This document shows positions 58,954-64,000 of a DNA stretch of 64,000 nt, one piece after another. Numbering within the stretch: position 1 is the stretch's first letter; each line of letters opens with the position of its first letter. Source of the DNA: Klebsormidium nitens (taxonomy: Eukaryota > Plantae > Klebsormidiophyceae); the NCBI GenBank assembly GCA_000708835.1, contig DF236989.1, forward strand, positions 62,001 through 126,000. The letters are read 5' to 3'. A program made the translations under genes and the position numbers. The notes under the pieces are model-generated. The model made no database searches. It saw only the letters and a program-made list of their open reading frames with translations, and was not told the origin of the DNA.

Positions 58954-60298
58954 TTATCCTCTTGATGCGGACGCGGGATCGCTAGAGAACATGTGCTTGA
59001 CTCGTGATAGAATGGAGTCCTGGTTTGGGTCGTACGGGTGGTCTTTGCTTGGAATCTCCAGGATAGCCGGGATGGTGTTTCGGTAGTTGTCCACCACATA
59101 ACGGATCATGTTTGCGATCTGCAGCCAAAAGGGAAGCTTTGTCTGGACGGATGTATCTCAAGTGCATAAAGCACACAGACAATCTTGCAGCAACTGAGGA
59201 ACATGTACACATGCCGTATCTGTGAACCACTGGTCCCTTGGAGGCTATATCTTTCATTGTCTTCAAGACAAGCAAGCTACATGGGACGTCTAAGACCAGA
59301 GTCTACCTACTTTTTTCAGCAGTCTTGTGCATTATAACAATTGCCCTGAGAAAAAAGCAGCTGCAGTAACATCAAAGAGCGATTGAGGACTTGTAATACT
59401 CCAGGCCAATGAGCCAAACCACATTGAGAAGCAGAACTCACATATTGACTAATAAGAACCACCGCAATGTCGTCCCTTGACGTGAAGTCTTTGAACGTAT
59501 CCTCGATCTGCTTTGTCGTCGTTTCTGCATCAAATCTTGTTGTTAGTAGCTTCAGAAAGCTGAGCTTACACACTGGCAATCCATACCAACAAGGCTGCCT
59601 CAGAACTTAATCTGTGGGAGGGTCGGAATGAGAAAGGCGCGACCCAAGACAGATTGCAGTAGTGCTTGTGGAGGCGAGGGCGACTGTATAGTCGCAGATG
59701 CAATCGTACATACTCAATATTGCTAGAGCGCTCTCGAATTGCCTTTTCAGGAGAAAGTGTGCACAGATGACGTACTTGAATCCACGACGAGATAGTTTGT
59801 TTTTCTGCGCAGATCTACATTCCCCACGCCCGCGAGCAGGAAGCCAGTGATAGTATCCTGCAATGAAGTCCACCATCAGGATTGTTGCGAAAATATGCCG
59901 ATGAGCAAGTCCAGTTTAGAAGTGAATTCTAGGTCTGTTTTGCCAGGCAATCACAGTTGCCGATTGACCAAGTGGTCAGTGACGAAAGTTGTCTGAGCTG
60001 GAAAATTATAGCCGAATTGCAAATGCTGGCAGTGATTTGGAGCAAGTCATATGCAGGGATGATGTGCAGCTCATTTGAACGAACTCAGACTACATCGCAC
60101 GTTTCATTGTTTGTTGGCATTGCTGCTGAATGAAGTGGTGAAAAGGTTGTATCAACTTGAAATAGGCATTAAACAGATTCTGCCTAAGCGCAATTGCAAG
60201 GCCCACTGCAAATCATTGCGGCCAACTAATTCAAAGTGGTAGGGCCTCACCTCATCAGCAATCATAGCCACCAACTTCCCTTCTTGTGACATGGCCAT
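58954..60298 (-). CDS. VHA-F: V-type H+-ATPase subunit F, 4 exons
   Basis: [16 protein letters not shown]|[27 protein letters not shown]|..[26 protein letters not shown]|[41 protein letters not shown]. Confidence 0.97.
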
Positions 60299-61184
60299 GT
60301 CCCCAGCTTCCCAAAAAGGCTTTTCACCTTCAGTTGGTGGTTTCCTTCTATCAAGCTGTACTGCAGATCAGATTCCTCAAACCCCCTCTAACAAGGGGCT
60401 TATCGAAAGTGATAGATGAAGGCGTTGAGCTTCAAATGCAGTGATGCTTCGCTTCCTCTCCAAAGTCTCAGCAGGTCAAGCAATCCTGTACAGCTTCGAT
60501 CAAACGGCCAGCTTGCTCTTCAGGAGAGAATGAATCCTGATTGCTTGAAACTGATGAGGATCTCTCGCATCAAACTGACCAGCTTCACAACCAGCTTCCT
60601 GCGCCCCTCCTCAGCAATCCGAAGCTCTGGCCTCTTGCTTCAATGCTTGTGTTCCATGGGCCCCTGAAGAAGCTTTTCAGATTACAAGTACCGGTACGTT
60701 GTTTACACATTCGTCCTCTGTAACGATAGGTCGGCCTGACTTCTCTGCGTTACGTCGGAAACGAGATTCAATTTGATTCCAGTCGTGCAGATTGCGCGAG
60801 TGCTGTGCATAGCGCGGGCACAGCGCAGCAGCTGCTCAGTGCTTGGTCTGCTTGGGAGAAGTTGGGAGCATGGTTGAGGGTCCGACTCCTAGGGCTGTGG
60901 AAGGATGCTGTGTCCAAAAGGGGAAACGACGCAGCGCAGAACAGAGCCTGGGCATTATCCAGAGGCAGACATTGTTCCGTGATTGCAGTTCTAGAATTAG
61001 GGTTTCAGCTTGAGCATCTCTGAACGCCGGGACGTTAAGAGCTCAGAAGCGCTACCCGAGTCTCCAACACGTTTCAGAGGTGGCCAGAGGGTTTGTTTTG
61101 ATCACAGACAAAGCCAAACTGCAGCTGATCATTTGAGGGCGTTCAGGTTGCAAGTTCAGGGGCACCTAGCAGGATCGGTCTACC

Positions 61185-63773
61185 ATGGCTCTTAGGACAG
61201 ACCAGACCGTGCTCTGCTTATGTATTTTCATATTGGGAGCCCTCACCCTCGCATTGCCTGTGTGCGATGCACAGACGATGGGGATCAATAGCACCGAGGC
61301 TCTCACTCAGAGAAAGCCGCCGGCCCCAGGCTGCAACAACACCGCACAGCTGGTCAGCACTCTTTCATGTCTCCTGCCCCCCTTTCTTTCACACCACTGA
61401 GCCCCCTTCTGAGCACTGCGAGGAAGTGTAGGAGGCTTAAATTCTCTCTTGTTCCTGTCAAACTCTCCTTGCTATGGTGGTCTGAACGGAACTTCTCTAA
61501 TAAAAGCATCAGGTTGCAATCCTGGTAAGCTCGCAAGGCACTGCTGATCAATAGACACATTTAAGGACAGCCTGATTCTGCCCATGTTCACAAAGTCTCT
61601 CTATAACCTGCAGGTTAAGCTCTCTTTCCAAGGCGAGAGCGGTGCGTCGAAAGAGGTGGTCGGCGCATCCTCCTTCTTTGGGGGCAGGGTGCCGGTTGCC
61701 AAGACCGACGCATTGCCATTGGTAGCTGAGCTTATGGCCCCTCTCACTGGGTGCAATAGGTCGGATGCGCAGGTGATTCAGCTTCCCTACGACATACTCA
61801 TAAGGGATCTTTTTTGGTTGTGCCTCCTCCCTGAGTTTGCTGGAGGCCAAAGGCAGCCCCAGAAGCTTTTCAGAGGGCAGACAAGGGAGATTTTGCAACT
61901 TGGATTGGGTTTGTCGTCAGGATAAACGCATGAGGTAAACGGTCCCCTTTATCTCTTTCTCACACTGAATGCAGTCAGATCTTTAATCAGATAAGTCTAC
62001 TAAGGGCTCCTAAACCAAGGGCTCCCTAATTAAGGGCTGCATCGTGTGCCCCGTACCGACTACAGGTTCTGTCAGAGTGGCCGCCAGAGAACTCAAACTT
62101 CCACCACTTGAGAAAAGAAGTGAATTGACTGATTAAGCTGACGCTCCGATGGTCTGATCTCTGCAAACGGGCTCAATCAGGGTCAAGTGAGGTGGCCAAG
62201 ACTGGCATTACACTTGCGACTTGTTTCTTCAAGCTCCTTCCGACAGTAAGAAGTGTGCACTCTTGTCAGCAGGCCAGCTTGAAAGGCAAGCTTGCGGTGG
62301 CGCTGAGGGGCGACTGCCTTTTCTCCCTGAAAGCGGAGGTTGCGCAGCAGCAAGGCGCCGTGGGACTCATTGTCATCAGCACGGCTGAGGGTAAGGTGGG
62401 CAGTCCTGGAATCGTCTGGTCTCCCTGGAAAGACAAGTGTATGTATGTGAAAGCGGATGCTGGCATGATCACAAAGGTCGGCACCGTTGTCCGTCCTTGG
62501 TCACCTTTCTTCGGTCCCGTGGGACTTGAACCAGACCGAAATGGTGAGGTAGATACGTACAACCCCCTCGATCCGCGCTTGTCCCATCAGGCAATTGTTG
62601 CGGGAGTTGGATGAGCACTATCGGAAGCATCTGGATCTATCTTAGTCACTGGTGGGTGGGAATACCGTCAGTCCAGATGACTTCCAAACTTCAACCCAAA
62701 GAACTTGTCCATCTATGCGAAACCGGATAAGCCTGACAATAATTTGGCAATCTCGATATCTGGATATTGGCTGCAAAATATGCTGCGCGACTCAATGAAA
62801 GCCAGAATGTGGACGTGCAAGCGCAGCTTTCCGGACACAACTCCGATGTGCTTACCAAGACGTCCTCAATACAGAAGTCGAGCCATCAGATGGCAGTGGG
62901 TACATCGCTCTCGAATCTAGATCTCCCCACGTTCATACGGAGAAGCTCACACGAGCAGCCGGCTTTCTGTTTTGGCGTTGAGTGCGCTGGCTTACGCTGG
63001 GTTCGCGACGTTCTTTCAGAGTACTTCCCGATGTCTTGCGATGAGGACAAACCTCCCACAATGGAGATCGACATCCCGTCTGTCATGATTTCGAAGTCGG
63101 CTGGCTACAAGCTGCGGGCGGCTATGAGACAGGGCCCAGGTAAGCTCTCGCCTACGAAAGCGCTCCTTGACTTTACAGCAGTTGAGTTTGTGCGTCAGTT
63201 TTGTGCAGTCATTTGCGGCAGCAAGAACAAGACGCGGTTTCTCGTCGATCTAAACTTCAGTCTCTCGTCATTGAGTGGTCGTGCAGTTCTCGACCCAAAA
63301 TTTTAGCAAAGTTCTGGTTTTCTATGATGCCGCCCCACATTGGCCACGTGATCCATAGAGCTAACGAGGGAATGCAGCAATATTTATCGGTGCTTGAAGC
63401 CCGCTCTCCTTTCGCGATTTCGATGCATGTCTTCCTGCCGGTCTTCCTCATTTTCAAAGCGGGGAAGAGAATCTGGACGGGCCTTTGCTTAGCAATCGCC
63501 TTTTCCATAGCCTTGGTGCAAATTCACATCCAACTCGTTTTACAGGACGAAATGCATGGCTCTGGAACGGAAAGATTGCAAGAAAGATTGGCTGACCCAC
63601 GTCCGATTCCGCTTATTCTTACAGTTTCAGTGCGGATATTTGCACCTCCCCGCCCCATTCTGGACCCCTCCGCTGCCATCCTGTGGTTCGTAGCCGTTGG
63701 CACCGTCGTTGCGGCCGCCTTCTGGTCCGCATCGGACGTCCGAAAGGGGGGCAAGTACGAGCGGCTCAACAAG
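61185..63773 (+). CDS. SPPL: Signal peptide peptidase-like (SPPL) protein, N-terminal part (signal peptide, PA domain, first TM); continues beyond the window
   Basis: Signal peptide LCLCIFILGALTLALPVCDA; PAPGCNNTAQLV; PA domain LKGKLAVALRGDCLFSLKAEVAQQQGAVGLIVI; IDIPSVMISKSAG; VSVRIFAPPRPILDPSAAILWFVAVGTVVAAAFWS. Confidence 0.9.
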
Positions 63774-64000
63774 GTGCATCCGAGCACCCCCAAGGCTCTC
63801 TATGTGTTTGCGCGTTGGCATTACAAGCAAGCCAATACTTCGAATCATTGAGTCAGATGGTGTTCGAACTTTGAGGCCCTCCCGATTGCAGAGCCGACGA
63901 GGGTGAGAATGACATCTTGACAGTGTGGCTTGCTTGAGATGTTACACCGTACTGTTATTCGATTTCTGCCCCGAACATTTATATAATCATCAAGAGGGGA

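Noticed and set aside
1-64000. tRNA, rRNA, snRNA or snoRNA genes
   Set aside because: I recognised no convincing T-loop, cloverleaf, rRNA or C/D-box structure by eye; an Infernal or tRNAscan run would be needed to exclude them.

Overview
This is gene-dense, intron-rich eukaryotic nuclear DNA with GT-AG introns and plant-like proteins. A streptophyte green alga such as Klebsormidium is my inference from gene content and style, not a database result. Spliced genes, left to right: an unidentified partial gene (-); a ZIP metal transporter (-); a ~10 kb three-repeat MYB3R (-); a TRM7/FtsJ1 tRNA 2'-O-methyltransferase (+); a Fyv7/TAP26-like protein (-); a ~12.7 kb ARM-like + SAP-like + MYND zinc-finger gene (+); an SDR (-); a small unknown protein with a plastid-transit-like N-terminus (-); a lambda-type GST (+); V-ATPase subunit F (-); and the 5' part of a PA-domain signal peptide peptidase-like gene (+). 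A non-autonomous hAT-type element with perfect TIRs and an 8-bp TSD lies at 3021-3494, next to a second, decayed inverted-repeat element. The most unusual signal is in the MYND gene (36.4-42.5 kb). Six consecutive exons are flanked by arrays of partial self-copies: acceptor plus exon start upstream, exon end plus donor downstream. Several copies differ from the exon almost only at synonymous positions. The second standout is a pair of 78-nt paralogous, probably mutually exclusive exons in the GST. I found no CRISPR, tRNA or rRNA. Exon boundaries were read by eye and need RNA-seq confirmation.
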